Shown piece by piece: positions 12,461 through 26,771 of a stretch of 64,000 bases of DNA. The notes under the pieces were generated by a model. The model was given only the letters and a program-made list of their open reading frames with translations. It had not been told where the DNA came from and made no database searches. Origin of the DNA: Mobula hypostoma (Eukaryota); contig NC_086107.1 in NCBI RefSeq assembly GCF_963921235.1, positions 113,710,001 to 113,774,000 of the forward strand. Direction: 5' to 3'. Every line of letters begins with the position of its first letter. Positions within the stretch are counted from its first letter, which is position 1. The translations under genes were made by a program, and so were the position numbers.

Positions 12461-14473
12461 TGACCTGCTACTCTGACCTGTCTGTCCTTGGCTTCCTCCG
12501 TTACCAGTGTAATGCCAATCAGAATGCCCCCCCCCATATTCCCCCCGGTAGGCTACAACCCGATGGGATGAAAATTGAGTTCTCCACTTTCCCCTTTGCC
12601 CCTTTCTCTCTCCTTCTGATCTGTACAGGTCCTGTCGCTCAGTGTCGAACTGCACCCCCTCCCACTCCATCTGCTCATCACCCACACACACACCGTGTCT
12701 CTCAGAGTGGAGGAGATCCCTCATGCTGTGTGAGCAGAGAGTGCACGACAAGCCAAGAAAACGATCTTTGGCCTCTGACATGCATGAAAGATCCAAAAGA
12801 TCTCCAGTCCCCAAGGTGTTAATCTGTGGTGTTTTTCTCTGTGGTTTTCTGCTTTTGGCTGTGGGTGTTATTTTTTTCTCCCGCTGCAGTTTGCTACGTA
12901 CGCTGGCTTTCTTGTTCATCTTGCGGAACTCTCTCAAGTCAATTCAAACCAACAGGGCTCTTTTCAGATGCTGGGAAAGAAGCTGGGTGTCAAAGACAAG
13001 GTCAAAGTTCAGCATCGGAATCAGAAACCGGTTTAATATCATTGGCATATCTTGTGAAATTAGTTGGCTTTGTGGTAGCAGTACATTGCAATGCATAATA
13101 ACAAAGAGAAAACGGAATTACTGTAAGTATACGTATAGTAAACAGTTACATTAAATAGGTAGTGCAAAAATAGAAATTAAAAAAAGTCGTGAGGTAGTGT
13201 TCATGGGTTCAGTGTCCATTCAGAAATCAGGTGTCAGAGGAGAAGAAGCTGTTCCTGAATCACTGAGTGTGTGCCTTCAGGCTCCTGCACCTCCTCCCTG
13301 ATGGTAACAACGAGAAGAGGACATGAATGGGTGGTGGGGGCTCTTAATGATTGCCGCTGCCTTTTTGAGGCATCGCTCCTTGAAGATGTCCTGGATACTA
13401 CGGAGGCCAGTGCCCATGATGGAGCTGACTGAGTTTACAACTCTCTGCAGCTTATTTCAATCCTGTGCCCTCCCCCCTCCCCCTCCCCCCTCCCCCTCCC
13501 CCACCATGCCAGAGGGTGATGCAGCCAGTGAGAATGCTCTCCACGGTACATCTGTAGAAACTTGTGAGTGTCTTTGGTGACAGACCAAATCTCCTTAATC
13601 TCCTGATGAAATATAGTCACTGTTGTGCCTTCTATGTAAATGCATCGATATCTTGGGTCCAGGATAGATACTCGGAGATATTGACCCAGGAGCTTGAAGT
13701 TGCTCACTCTTCCCACTTCTAATTCCTCTAAGAGGACTGGTTTCTTCTTCTTACCCTTTCTGAAGTCCTCAATCAGTTCTCTGGTCTGACCAGTTGAGTT
13801 TATATGTACAGGTGCCCTACATGGACAGATTTGCACGAGGACCACCGCCACACCATCTTATAAACAAGAAAACACAAATTAAACATGAGTTCTACAGAAT
13901 TATACAAGAAAGAACACTGTTAGAACAAAAAAACCCATCAAAAGTTACACAATCAAGATGCTGAAGGAAATCAGTAGGTCAGGCAGCATCTTTGGAAATG
14001 AATAAACAGTCGATGTTTTGGGCTGAAAACCTTCTTCAGCACTGGAAAGGAAGGGGGAAGAAGCCAGGATAAAAAATTATTGGGGGGGGGGTGTTGAGGA
14101 GGACAAGCTAGAAGGTGATTGGTGAAGCCAAGTGGATGGGGGAGAGGGGATGAAGTAAGAAGCTGTGAGGTGATAGGAGGAAAAGGGAAACGGCTGGAGA
14201 GGAAGGAATCTGATAGGATGGGAGAGTGGACCATGGGAGAATGGGAATAAGGAGGGGAGGTGATGAGCAGGTGAGAAGAGGCAAGAGGTCAGAATGCAGA
14301 ATACAAGAAGTGGGAAGACGGGGAAGAACAAAAGAGAAAATAATTACCAGAAGGAGAAATCAATGTTCATGCCATCAGGTTGGAGTCTACCCAGACAGAT
14401 TATGAGGTGTTTGAAAAGCATTGAAGCCCAGTGTAATGTAAAGTCGTCAAGTGGCCATATTGTTGCTATAAGG

Positions 14474-15070
14474 GAGGAGAAGATGGCGGCGCAACGCAGC
14501 GCGTGTGGCTACTCCGAAATGATATCGTATTTGTGAAGTAGGATGCTGTGCACAATCCTGATTTGATGGAGACAGATGTGAGAGGCGCGGAGGAACATCT
14601 GGAGTAACTTCTGAAATGCCCGCTTCGCTGCCGCTGCTACTGTGCGATCGAGAATCTCCGGATGGGAAGGCCCCAAATCCTCGGCTTTGCCTATTTCCTG
14701 TTGCCGGGGCCGGGGTCGAAGCGCTCGGCAGAGATGGTGCTCGGTGCTCGGTGTCGGAGAGCTGGTCGGAGGCTCGAAGTTTTCGGACGGACTCAAGAGT
14801 CGGCGGTGGTCGGGTGCTTCCAGGATGCTGCATCGGCAAGTTTATGGCGCAGGAAGCTCATGGCAGGGAGAGAGTTTCTCTTTCTTCTACCGTCTGCGTG
14901 AGATGATGGGACTCTCGAGAGACTTTGAGACTTTTTTTTACTGTGCGCATGGTCTGCTCTTTATCAAATTATGATATTGCTTTGCACTGTTGTAACTATA
15001 TGTTGTAATTATGTGGTTTTTGACAGTTTTTCAGTCTTGGTTTGTTTTTGTTTCTGTGATATCATTCTGA
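14474..15070 (+). mobile_element. Same non-autonomous family, 3'-truncated copy
   Basis: Colinear with the reverse complement of 11820-12460. Confidence 0.7.
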
Positions 15071-16877
15071 GATAATGATCGGGGTTGTGGGGATAATGAT
15101 CAGGAAGTGAATCACTAAAAGGAAGCAGCTGCTGGTGTGAGAATTCAGGTCTCTGTACCCCCTGCCTGGTAGCAACTGAGAGAAGGTGGCATGTCCAGGA
15201 TGTGTGTTGCCTTTTTGAGGAAGCACATCATGTCAAATCTCTCAGCGGTGGGTAGGAATGTGTCCAAATATATTGGACTGTGACCACTATATCTTCTTAT
15301 GTTCCTGTTCACTTGTTGGTTACAAGTGTTGCAGGCACTATGAAGTAAGGTGACAAACTTTGGAAAATTTCTATAGATGTGTAGTGGAGACTGTATTGAC
15401 CGTCTGTATCATGGCCTGGTATGGAAGCACCAATGGTTTTGAGTGGAAAACTCTACAAAAGGCAGTGGATATGGCCCAGTCCATCATGGGTAAAGCCCTT
15501 CCACCATTGAGCACATCTACATAAAACTCTGCCGTAGGTAAGCAGCATCCATCATCAGAGATCCCCACCACCCAGGCCATGGTCCTTTCCTGCTGCCATC
15601 AGGTAGAAGGTACGGGAGCCTCAGGACTCACACAACCAGATTCAGGAACAGTTGCTACCCCTCAACCATCAGACTCTTGAACAAAAGGGGACAACTACAC
15701 TCATTTGTTCATCCACAACCAGTAATCTCACTTTAAGGACTCTTTATCTCATTATCTCATGTTCTCATTATTTATTGCTATTTATTTATATCTGCATTTG
15801 CACAGTTTGTTGTCTTCTGGTTGATCTTTCACTGATCCTGTTATAGTTACTATTCTATAGATCTGCTGAGTATGCCCACAGGAAAATTAATCCTAGGGTT
15901 GTATGTGGTGACATATATGTACTTTGATAATGAAATTTTCTTTTAACTTTGAACTTTGGGGTGCACATGGTGAAACTTTCTTCTGAAATTCAGTTCCATC
16001 AGCTAGTAACCCCAGAGGGCTAGACTAATGGCGTAGAGCTGAATTCAAATCCCATCTGCAGCTAAGGAATCAAATTTAAATCATCTGGAGTTCTTTAAAA
16101 TTTAGTCTCATTAAAGAAGTCTTGTTGAAAAATTCATTGTTATGGCAACTGCTCGGCCCATGAAACTGCAGAGAGCTGTGGCCACAGATCAGCACATCAC
16201 GGAGACCAGTCACCCCCTCCACGGATTCTGTCTGCACTCGTCACTGTTTCAGGAAGGTAACCAGCAAAGACCCCTCTCACCCCGGACATTCTCTCTTCTC
16301 CCCGCCCCCATTGGAGATGATACCAGAGTCTGAACCATCAGGCTCAAGGACAGTTTCTACCCCACCATTGTGAGAATCCCTACAGCGCAAGATGAACTGA
16401 CGATCGCCCTCATTATGATCTTGCACGTTATTGTCGACCTGCACTGCTCTCTCTCTGGAAGGTCGGGTACGGGGGGGGGGGGGGGGAAACATGACGGCAG
16501 GGACCAGGCCCAGAACGTATCAACGCGAGTAGACATGGGTCTCAGAGTGAGGAACCACCCGATGTTCGGACGATTTAAATGCTGGGCCAGAAAGGTTGAA
16601 AGGATAGCGTCTCAGAACTAGAGGCAATGATTGGGCCAGTTCTGCTCGTTGCTCTGTACTGAACTGAGGCTGAGGCTGTGGCCTGCTCCGGGCCGCTCCG
16701 GGCTTCAGATCTGAGGACTCACTTTCATTCTAAATGCTATCTGCTACCTTTTATTGTTTGTATGATTTGGGGTTTTCAGGTCTTTTTTTGGGTACTTCTG
16801 GGTTCCTTTGTTTTGTGGCTGCTTATAAGGAGAAGAATCTTAAGGTTGTATAATGCCTTCATACTTTGATAAATTGT

Positions 16878-17190
16878 GTGGGCACGTGGCCAAGTGGTTA
16901 AGGCATTGGACTAGTGAGCTGAAGGTCGTGAGTTCGAGCCCCAGCCGAGGCAATGTGTTGTGTCCTTGAGCAAGGCACTTAATCACACATTGCTCTGCGA
17001 CGACACTGGTGCCAAGCTGTATGGGTCCTAATGCCCTTCCCTTGGACAACATCGGTGTCATGGAGAGGGGAGACTTGCAGAATGGGCAACTGCTGGTCTT
17101 CCGTACAACCTTGCCCAGGCCTGCATCCTGGAGAGTGAGGACTTTCCAGGCGCAGATCCATGGTCTCGCAAGACTAACGGATGCCTTTTT
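16878..17190 (+). mobile_element. tRNA-derived CORE-like SINE (copy 2)
   Basis: Same sequence as copy 1, flanked by the direct repeat actttgata (16863-16871 and 17192-17200). Confidence 0.85.
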
Positions 17191-17574
17191 CACTTTGATA
17201 CTAAATGTACTTTGAACTTTGAACTTTAAGATTAAATAAGTGATGCAAAAAAGAGCAAAAGTACTGAAATAGTGTTCATGGGTTTATTGTCCAGTCAAAA
17301 ATTGGATGGCAGAGGGGAAGAAGCTGTTCCTGAAATGTTGAGTGTGTGCCTTCAGGCTCCTGTACCTCCTCCCTAATGGTAGCAATGAGAAGAGGGCATG
17401 TCCTGGGTGATAAGGGTCCTTAATGATGGATGCTGCCCTTTTAAGGCATCACCTTTTGAATGTGTCCTTGATAATGGAGCTGGAAGTGTTCTGTGTAATG
17501 AACAGTATGCAAGGGAAGCTTCTCATGGTAGATCAGTGCATCTGACAATAATTAAGTGATTTAATTTCCAATTC

Positions 17575-17895
17575 CGGTGGTCAGCCTGGAATGTTATACA
17601 ATCCTGTAGAAGAAAGACATGGAGACTGTTCTTCATGCAGAAGGTCGAAACCATATGAGAGAGTGACTCATCAGCAAAGCTCATGGGCAAACAGCAAAAC
17701 CTGGCTTGGCTGGCAATGAAAGAGGCGTTCCTTGTCAGATCATCCCTGTACTGTCAGAGACCCATTCGCAGAACATGCCAGATCAAGGCCACGATGAGAG
17801 CTGTGAAGAAGGCCAGCAGAAAGAAACAAGAGTGTTGGTCGAGGGCCATGCCAAGCAGCTACTTAATAGAAGACTGGCTAATCTGCCAGCAAATG
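17575..17895 (+). mobile_element. Decayed Tx1/L1-clade LINE C-terminal (zf-RVT-like) remnant
   Basis: QNLAWLAMKEAFLVRSSLY and SRAMPSSYLIEDWLI resemble the Tx1 C-terminal pattern DLAWLAVRGALPVRS...SRFIPSS.VTEDS.IY. Confidence 0.45.
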
Positions 17896-18227
17896 TAACA
17901 AAATAATAAAGAAAGAAAAAAAGAAGATTAGCTTTATTTATCACTTGTACGACACAGTTCAGCAGCATTCTACTTTGTAAGAGGTTTGCAAAAATTCTGC
18001 ATGTCACCTAAAACTTCGACAAGCATCTTTAGATGCACACTGGAGAGCATCCTGAGTGGTTGCATCACGGCCTGATATGGAACCACCAATGACCGTTCAT
18101 TCCGATGGCTGTGATCACAGTCAGAATCAGAATCAGGTTTAATATCCACCGGCATATGTCATCAAATTTGTTGTTTTGCATCAGCAGTACAAGACAATGC
18201 GTAATAATAGAAAAAATAGTTGCAATG

Positions 18228-19176
18228 CGTAATGGGGCCCTCTGTTGTTCAGGGCAGAACGATATGGAGAGCAAACTGTTGCCCATGCAGCTGGACTCCC
18301 TCTGTCCACACAGCCAATGAATCCTGTCATGTGTGAAGCCAAGCAGAGCTACAGAACGGATGCTGTTAATGAGAGAGAGATAATGAGAGACAAGGGAGAG
18401 CCATTCAAAATGCTGATAAGAGAGAAGAGAGAGATAACAAGAGCGAGACACATAATTCAGTATGTTGGCGTCTGCCACAGACAGTTTGCTTTGAACCTGA
18501 ACTGTTCATTAACAATCCTGCTGAGACAATAGGAAGTGTGAAGTTTGATGGACAGGTGATACCCCATCAGGGGGAGGATAAAATAGCGGGTTTGCTAAGG
18601 CACAGATATACATGCCACGAGACCCTGGAAAGAGCATTGTGCCCCCACAAGTTGGTGGGAGTTTGGAGGACCAATTCGCGGAAATCGGTCAGAGGCTCAC
18701 AGGGTGTAAAAGTACGACCGGTGGGAACCTGTAGTGTGTAAGCCCTTGCCTGGATGCCGGGTTCACCATGGAAGAACGGTCGCATCCGGAACGGAGGGGT
18801 CACAGTCGGTGACCACAGCGGGATCAGAAGGCATCAAAAGGTTTGCCTGAAACCTCAACTGTATCTCTCACTCTCTCTCCAACGGTACAACAACAGCGAT
18901 TGCTTCGAACTACACTAGACTGAACTGAACTCTGCTTCACCTTAAGACTGATCATTTTACCCCTAGACTGCGATACTTGGTTGATTCCTATCACCCTAGT
19001 TCTGTGTATATGTGTATACTATCATTGCAAACCTGTTACATTTATATCCTTGCCGTTAGTGTACTGTATTACTTATTTTCTTAATAAAAAAAACTTCATT
19101 AGTTTCTGGTACTCACAGACTCCAATGAGTGTTCCATTTCTGCTGGTTTGGCAACCCAGTTACGGGGTACGTAACA
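18228..19176 (+). mobile_element. Probable solo LTR (Gypsy-like)
   Basis: About 950 bp of non-coding sequence ending ...GGGGTACGTAACA, with AATAAA about 90 bp before the end; the 5' boundary is approximate. Confidence 0.5.
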
Positions 19177-19994
19177 ACCCAAAGAAACGCCAGTGACCGA
19201 TACAGTTTGGCACTATTGAACTCAACTCCCTTGGGGACTGCAGCTCCCGATTTCGCCACCCCCCCATCAGTGGGTGTAGCCACAAGGCAGCAGAGGTTTG
19301 AGGTCAGAGTCTTCCTTCTCCTAGTGAGCTGCCAAGCACAGCTGACGAGCCCCATCTGTCCAAAACTGATTTTAAGGCACCAGAAATCTGCCTTTGCCCC
19401 TTCTCCTGTTAGTAGAAACAGCGTATATAAATTTAAATTAAATAAATCGTGCATAAAGAGAGGAGAGAAATAGCGGGGTAGTGTTCATGGGTTCATTGTC
19501 CAGAAACCTGCTGGCAGAGGGTAAGGCGCTGTTCCTGAATTTCTTCAACCTCCTGTCTCCCGTACCTTCTCCATGATGATAGCAAAGAGAAATGTTGCAA
19601 CCAGAGATTCGGCAGTGCATCAGATTGGGCAACTGCGCTCGTGAACGTGCACGTGTCAGCTAGTTATCATTTCATAGTGATAGTAACGTTCATTCCATCA
19701 TAGTTTTTGTCAAGACTTGGACACAGCAACACTTCACTTCCTGCATTCCGCCTTGCCTGAGAAATTGGACTGTTGAGTCACCTGACTCTGAAGACTAGCG
19801 ATATTCGTTTAATTCTTAGCTGTTCTTTTCAGCCGCAATGTGGGCTTCGTTTTCCATTTGAGAGTTTTATTTAACGGGCCTATTTGGCCTGGCGTTCATA
19901 GTTTTCTTTCCCGTTAACACTGTTCGCATTAAAGTCTGTGATCCATCGATCCTGCTTCAGTGTTCCTGACTCCGCACTTGGGCCACGTCCGAAC

Positions 19995-21600
19995 CCAGGT
20001 GATGGGGGTCCATAGAAATGATTGCTGCCTTTTTGAGGCATTGCCTTTTGAAGATGTTCTTGATACTGGGGCAGCTAGTGCCCATGATGAAGATGACTGA
20101 GTTTACAACTTTCTGCAGCTTTTTCCAATACTGTGCAGTAGCCTCCCCCCCCCCCATACCAGACAGTGATGCAACCAGTTAGAATGCTCGCCACGGTATA
20201 TCCATTGAAATTTGCCAGTATCTTCAGTGACATACCAAATCTCCTCAAACTCCCAATGAAATATAGCCCCCATCATGCCTTCTTTGTAACACCATCAATA
20301 TGCCAGACGCAGAATAGATCTTCAGAGATGTTGACACCAGGAGCTTGAGACTGCTCATTCTTTCCACTGCTGACCCCTCGACGAAGATGGATGTGTACTC
20401 CATCAACTTCGCCCTTCTAAAATCTACAGTCACTCCTTGGTCTTACTGACATTGAGTGCAAGGCTATTGTGATCGTTCCACTCGACCAGCTGATCTATCT
20501 CGCTCCTGTATGCCTCCTCGTCAGGATCTGAAATTCTGCCCAACAATAGTTTTGTCGTTGGCAAATTTATAGATGGTGTCTGAGCCGTGCCTGGCCACAC
20601 AATCATGGGTGTAGAGAGGGTGGAGCAGTGGGCTAAGCACACATCCGTGAGGTGCACCAGTATTGATCGTCAGTGAGGAAAGACGTTACTTCTGATCCGC
20701 ACAGACTGCGGTCTCCCGATGAGGAGGTTAAAGACGTAGTTGAAGAGGGAGGTAAGAGGCAGGTTTTGGAGCTTGTTGATTAGAACTGAGGGTATGATTG
20801 TGTTGAACACTGAGCTGTGATCAATAAACAGCAGCCTGCTGTAGGTATGGCTGTTGTCCAGGTGATTGGAGGCTCAGTGGAGAGCCTGTGACAGTGCATC
20901 CACTGTAGATTTATTGAGGTGATAGGCAGATTGTAGCGAGTTCAGGTCCCTGCTTGGGCAGGAGTTGATTCTGGCCATGACCAACCTCTCAAAGCACGTC
21001 ATCACAGGAGATGTGAGTGCAATTGTACAATAGTCTTTGAGGCCACTCACCCTGATCTTCTTGGGCACTGGAATGATTGTTGCCCTTTAGAACTAGGTGG
21101 GGAATCTCTGACTACAGCAGTGAGAGATCGAAGGTGTCCTTTCACACTCCCACCAGCTGGCCGGCGCAGGTTTTCAGAGCCTTACCAGCTACACCAACAG
21201 GGCCTGGCGCCTTGCAAGGGTTCACCTTCTTGAAAGGCGTTCCAACGTTACCTCTGGAGACAGATATCACAGGGTCACCGGATGCTGCGGGGATTAACAC
21301 TGGTGCCATTTTATTCTCCTGTTCAAAGCATAGAAGACATTGAGTTCATCTGGGAGTGAAACATCACGGCCATTCATGATGCTGGGTTTCGTGTTGTGAT
21401 TTTTATTTAGAGATTCGGTACAGAGTAGTTACTTACAGCCCTTCGAGCCATACCCACAACCTGATTAACCCTAGCGCCTTTGGACTGTGGGTGGAAACCA
21501 GAGCAACTGGAGGAAACCCACACATTCCATTTGACCGTGTAGGAAGTAATGACCTGCAAACGTTGCCAGAGCAGATGTGCTTCCGATTTCGTGTCCAACC
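19995..21600 (-). mobile_element. Decayed Rex1/Babar RT fragment with an internal V-SINE
   Basis: LKDYCTIALTSPVMTCFERLV and LNVSKTKE motifs; SINE at about 21400-21530. Confidence 0.75.
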
Positions 21601-22499
21601 TCAATCGAGCGAAGTCTGTACAAACTGGTCTGCCGGGACAAGAGTCCCTGGTCTCCTCTAGGTGACTGGGTGTGTTGGATATCTACCCAGTGAGTAACCG
21701 TGAAGGGCTGAATAATGAGGGAAGCACCTCCAACAAAACCTTGTTCTGGCCACAGGATGGCGAACAACCACAACGTCCCCATCTGTAGTCTAGCGTTGGG
21801 TGCAATAGTTGGAATGCCAAGAAACAGGTCCAAATGAGCTTGGAGATTCTGAGTTCACGTCTGTCTGACTGGGGCTTGAAAGGCCATTGCCAGTCATCTG
21901 GAACGTAATGGCAATTCCCCACAAACCCAGACACCTCGGGGACGGAAATTTAAAGAGGAACAAATGGAGAGATGGTGACTCACTACAGAAGAAGTATTGG
22001 CTATATCAAGTGATAAATCCTTTGTCGCAGAAAGATTTTGTTCGAGATACTTCCCTCATCATTCAACTCTTCTCGATTACTCACTGGGTAAATACTCGAC
22101 ACACCCAGACACCTAGAGGAGACTAGCGACTCTTGTCCCGGCAGACTGGCTGGCACACACTCCCCCTGATTGAGGTTAGAGACAAAACTGGATGCACTTC
22201 AGTGTGGGCAAGTGTTATATTCAGTTTGGGGTCACTGTTAGATGGACCCAGTGATGGAGAGCGCTCACAACTCTGGGCCTGAATTTTAGAGAAAGGGAAC
22301 AAGTGGTATCATGGTGACTCACTGCGAAGAAAGTATCTATTATAGCAAGCAGGAAATCCTGTGGCCAGAGGCATGTCCATCATTGTTCAACACTGCTCGA
22401 TTATTCACTGGGTAGATTCCCAACACAGCACATCACCTAGAGGAGACCAAACTCTCCCTACACCCATGACTGGATGACTAGGCACAGCTCAAATGCCAC

Positions 22500-23700
22500 C
22501 AGGAAACTGGATGCACGTCAGCTCTGGCAGGGTTTGCAGGCCATTATTTCCCACAAGGTGGGGCGATACAGTCGTGTGGACAGCATGGGTCTCCTCCGGG
22601 TGCTCTGGGTTTCCTCCCACAGTCCAAAGACATACCAGGTAGGTTAACTGGCCATTGTAAACTACCCCGTGATTGGGTTAGGGTTGTTGGCCTGTTGGGG
22701 CAGCGTGGCTTGAGGGAGCTGAAGATCCTACTGTATCTCTAAATAAAAATCAGAACACAAAACCCAACATCATGAATGGCAGTGATGTTTCACTTCCAGA
22801 TGAACTCAACGTCTTTTATGCTTTGAAAGGAGGAATATAACCACACCTATGTTTATCCCTGCAGCATCTGGTGACCCTGTGATATTTGTCTGCGAGATGG
22901 ACTTTGGAACGTCTTTCAAGATGCTGAACCCTTGCAAGGCATCAGGCCCTGATGGTGTACCTGGCAGGGATCTGAAAAGCTGTGCCAACCAACTGGTGGA
23001 GTGCTCAGGACGTCGTCAGCCTCTCACTGCTGCAGTCGGAGATTCCCACTTGTTTCAAAATGGCGACAGTCATACTCGTGCCCAAGAACAGCAGGGGTGA
23101 GCTGCCTCAAAGACTATTGCCCAGTGGCACTCACATCTCCTGTGATGAGGTGCTTTGAGAGGTTGGTCATGGCCAGAATGAACTCCTGCCTCAACAGGGA
23201 CCTGGACCTGCTGCAATTTTGCCTGATTCACCCTCAATAAATCTACAGTGGATGCACTGTCACGGGCTCTCCTCTCAGCCTCCAATCACCCAGACAATTG
23301 TGATACCTCCAGGCTGCTGTCTATTGATTACAGCTCAGTGTTCAACACAGTCATACCCATAGTTCCAAGCAAAAAGCTCCAAAATCTGGCCCTCTGTACC
23401 TCCCTCTTCAACAACATCTTTGACTTCCTCACCGGGAGACCACAGTCTGTGCAGATCAGAAATAACACCTCCTCCTCACTGACGATCAATACTGGTGCGC
23501 CTCATGGATACGTGATTAAGCCACGGCTTTACTCTCTCTGCGCCCACAAATGGATGGCTGGGCACAGGTCAAATGCCACCTATAAATTTGCTGAGGATAC
23601 AGCTATTACTGACAAAACCTCGGATGGAGGTGTACAGGAGCGAGTTAGATCAGCTGGTTGAGTGTTGTCACAACAACCTTGCACTCAATATCAGCAAGAC
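22500..23700 (+). mobile_element. Decayed Rex1/Babar RT fragment with an internal V-SINE
   Basis: KASGPDGVPGR, CPVALTSPVMRCFERLV, IDYSSVFNTV and YKFAED motifs; SINE at about 22560-22750. Confidence 0.75.
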
Positions 23701-23710
23701 CAGTACTGTA

Positions 23711-24469
23711 TGTAACGTCCTGGCTAAGATTCCTATTACTACGCTGTGAGGCATTTCATTTTCGAGGTTTTCTGTAAACAGTAGTGTGTCCTGCTGGTAG
23801 AATGTTTTGGTTACGGCTGAAGATAAGGGCCCACGTTGTTCAACTTGCGTCAGCCATCAGGTGGTGGGATCGGCAGACGGTTCCACAAATAAATGAGCGG
23901 AGAGAGATTTATTACGGACAGAGGTCGGGTTCGTGGTCTTTTGGCGAGAAATGCGGAGAGGAGAGAATCCAGAAGGATGTCCCGGAGGATCCAGTCCGAA
24001 GGGGAGACCCCTAATGCAAGGATTGCTTCGCAAGATGAAGGAGTCCAAGAAGGGATGTTCTACCTGTGATGGGTGATGAGAATTCAGCACCGTGACGGAA
24101 ACGCTGCACCCAGCCACTACAGTCATGACATCAGCTCCAACAGTGTGTGCATGTTTAGACTGGTTTAATTGTTATGGCCCCTTTTATTTTTTTCTTTTCT
24201 TTTTCCTGTTAACTGTTTCATAAAGCTGAAATTAGTAAATATACTTCCTCTATAATTTTATATGGTGTACTGTCCATTATTTCTTGCCAATTGATAATTG
24301 TGTGTGGGCAGTGCTTAATCAGCATTCCCAAAGTTCCTGTTTGGTTAAACCCTGAATAATACTGACCCTAGACGTATATTGTTTTCAAAAAGTGGCCTTC
24401 TCACCGCTGAATCTCGTGGCTGCTCACAGATCAGTCAAGTTTGTATATGAGCGCAGTGAGGGGATTGCA
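23711..24469 (+). mobile_element. Probable solo LTR
   Basis: TGTAAC...GATTGCA termini with flanks tgta/tgtt (imperfect 4-bp TSD); non-coding. Confidence 0.5.
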
Positions 24470-26771
24470 TGTTTATCAGTTGCTTGGATGAGAATGTGCA
24501 AGCCATGCGTATCAAATTTGCGAATGACACCAAAGTGACACAGTGAAGATGGTTATTAGGATTTATAGAGGGATCTGGATCAGTTGGGCAAGTGGGCCAA
24601 GGAATGGCAAATGGAGTTTAATTCAGACAAGTATGCGGTGTTGCATTGTGGGAAGACTTTCACAGCGAGCGGTTGGCCCCTGCGGAGTGCTGTAAAACAG
24701 CGGGACCGAGGCGCATAGGTAGAATATCCCCTGGAAGTTGCAGTGAAGGTGGATGGTGGTGAAAAAGGCTTTTGACACACTGGCCTTCATCGCTCCAAAC
24801 ACTGAGTACAGAAGGTGAAATGTTACAGACATTGGTGAGGCCACATTTGGAATTCTGGTCGGCCTGCTATGGGAAAGAAGTAAGAGACATGTGGCTGCAC
24901 AGTAGCGTAGTGGTTCGCGAGGCACTATTACAGCTTGGTGCGTTGTGCAGTTCAGCGTTCAATTCCGGCGCCGTTCTGTAAGGAGTTTGTACGTTCTCCC
25001 CATGACCACATGCATAACTGAAAGGGCATGAAAACGTGACAGCACGCAGAGTTCAGTCCCGGCATCATCTGTAGGAAGTCTCGGTGTGTCCTCCCCATGG
25101 AATGCATGGGCTCTCCCTGGGTGCTCCGCTATTCTCCTACAGTCCAAAGAGGTACTGGTCATTTTAAATTGTCCCCTGATTAACACAGAAACACAGAAAA
25201 GCTACAGCACAATACAGGCCCTTCGGCCCACAATGTTACGCCGAACATGTACTTACTTTAGAAATTACCTAGGGTTACCCATAGCCCTCTGTTTTTCTAA
25301 GCTCCATGTACCTATCCACAAGTCTCTTAAAAGTCCCTACCGTATCCACCTCCACCGCCATCGCCAGCAGCCCCTTCCAAGCACTCACCACTCTCTGCGT
25401 AAAAACTTACCCCTGACATCTCCTCTGTACCTAGTTCCAAGCGCTTTAAAACTGTGCCCTCTCATGCTAGCCGTTCCAGCCCTGGGTAAAAGCCTCTGGC
25501 TATCCACACGATCAATGCCTCTCATCATCTTACAGACTTGGGTTAGGGTTAATTGGGGCTGTGGGGTTGCTGAAGCGGCGTGGCTCGAGGGCGGGAAGGG
25601 CCTATACTGTGATGTACTTACTTGGTGCTGATTGCCTGTTATATCTCTGGCGTTTAGGGCAGCAACGAAGGTTCCTCCATCTCTGTCTGACCATACTGTC
25701 ACACTCAGATGTAGAAGGATTCTTCACTGCTGCTTCCATAACAATTTTGTTCTACCGGTCAGAGGTGGTAGCCCTGAACCTGGAGCACTGGTGGCCTCTA
25801 CCCTTTGACCTGTCTGGCGTGGGTGACGCTACCAAGAGTCAAAGCATGAGGCCCTGACTCTAGCCAGCGTAGCTCTCTGGGTCTTTGAGGCATGGAAGGT
25901 CGTGGTTCTCTTGAAGGACTATGCGCTGTATTGTTAAGAAAAATAAATTAAGCTGGAAGATGTGCTGAAAGATTTACAAGGCTGTTGTTAGGACTCAATG
26001 GACTGGGTTATTCTGAGAGATTGGGCAGGCTGCAACTTGACTGGAATTTAGGACACTGAAGAGTTACCTTGTAGAGGAGTGCAAAATGATCAGGGGCACA
26101 GACAGGGTGAGTGCATACGGTCTTTCTCCCAGGGTGAGGGAATCGAGAACTAGAGGGCACAGGTTTAAGGTGAGAGGGGAGAAGTTTAATAGGAACCAGA
26201 GAGGCTACATTTTTCACAGTGTGTGGCTGGAACAAGCTGCAAAACAAAACTGGTTAAGGCAAGAACAATGACAACATTTGAAAAACACTCGGACAGATAC
26301 ACAGATGGGAAATGGGCCAAATGCAGGAAAATGGGACTAGCTTAGACAGGGCCAGCATGTATGCTGTGTTACATTATGACTCTAACACTATATAACCATA
26401 TAACCACATAACAATTACAACACAGAAACAGGCCATCTCGGCCCTTCTAGTCCGTGCCGAACTCTTACTCTCACCTAGTCCCACCAACCTGCACTCAGCC
26501 CATAACCTTCCATTCCTTTCCTGTCCAATTTAACTTTAAACAACAACATCGAACCTGCCTCAACCACTTCTGCTGGAAGCTCGTTCCACGCAGCTACCAC
26601 TCTCTGAGTAAAGAAGTTCCCCCTCATGTTACCCCTAAACTTTTGCCCTTTAACTCTCAACTCATGTCCTCTTGTTTGAATCTCCCCCACTCTCAATGGA
26701 AAAAGCCTATCCACGTCAACTCTATCTATCCCCCTCATAATTTTAAATACCTCTATCAAGTCCTCCCTCAA

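Noticed and set aside
12337..13154. Long overlapping ORFs as host genes
   Set aside because: They run across SINE and Penelope remnants and show no recognisable domain or exon signals.
16878..16950. tRNA gene (also at 9800-9869 and 35641-35712)
   Set aside because: A and B boxes are present but there is no complete cloverleaf or anticodon arm, and the sequence continues into a SINE body.
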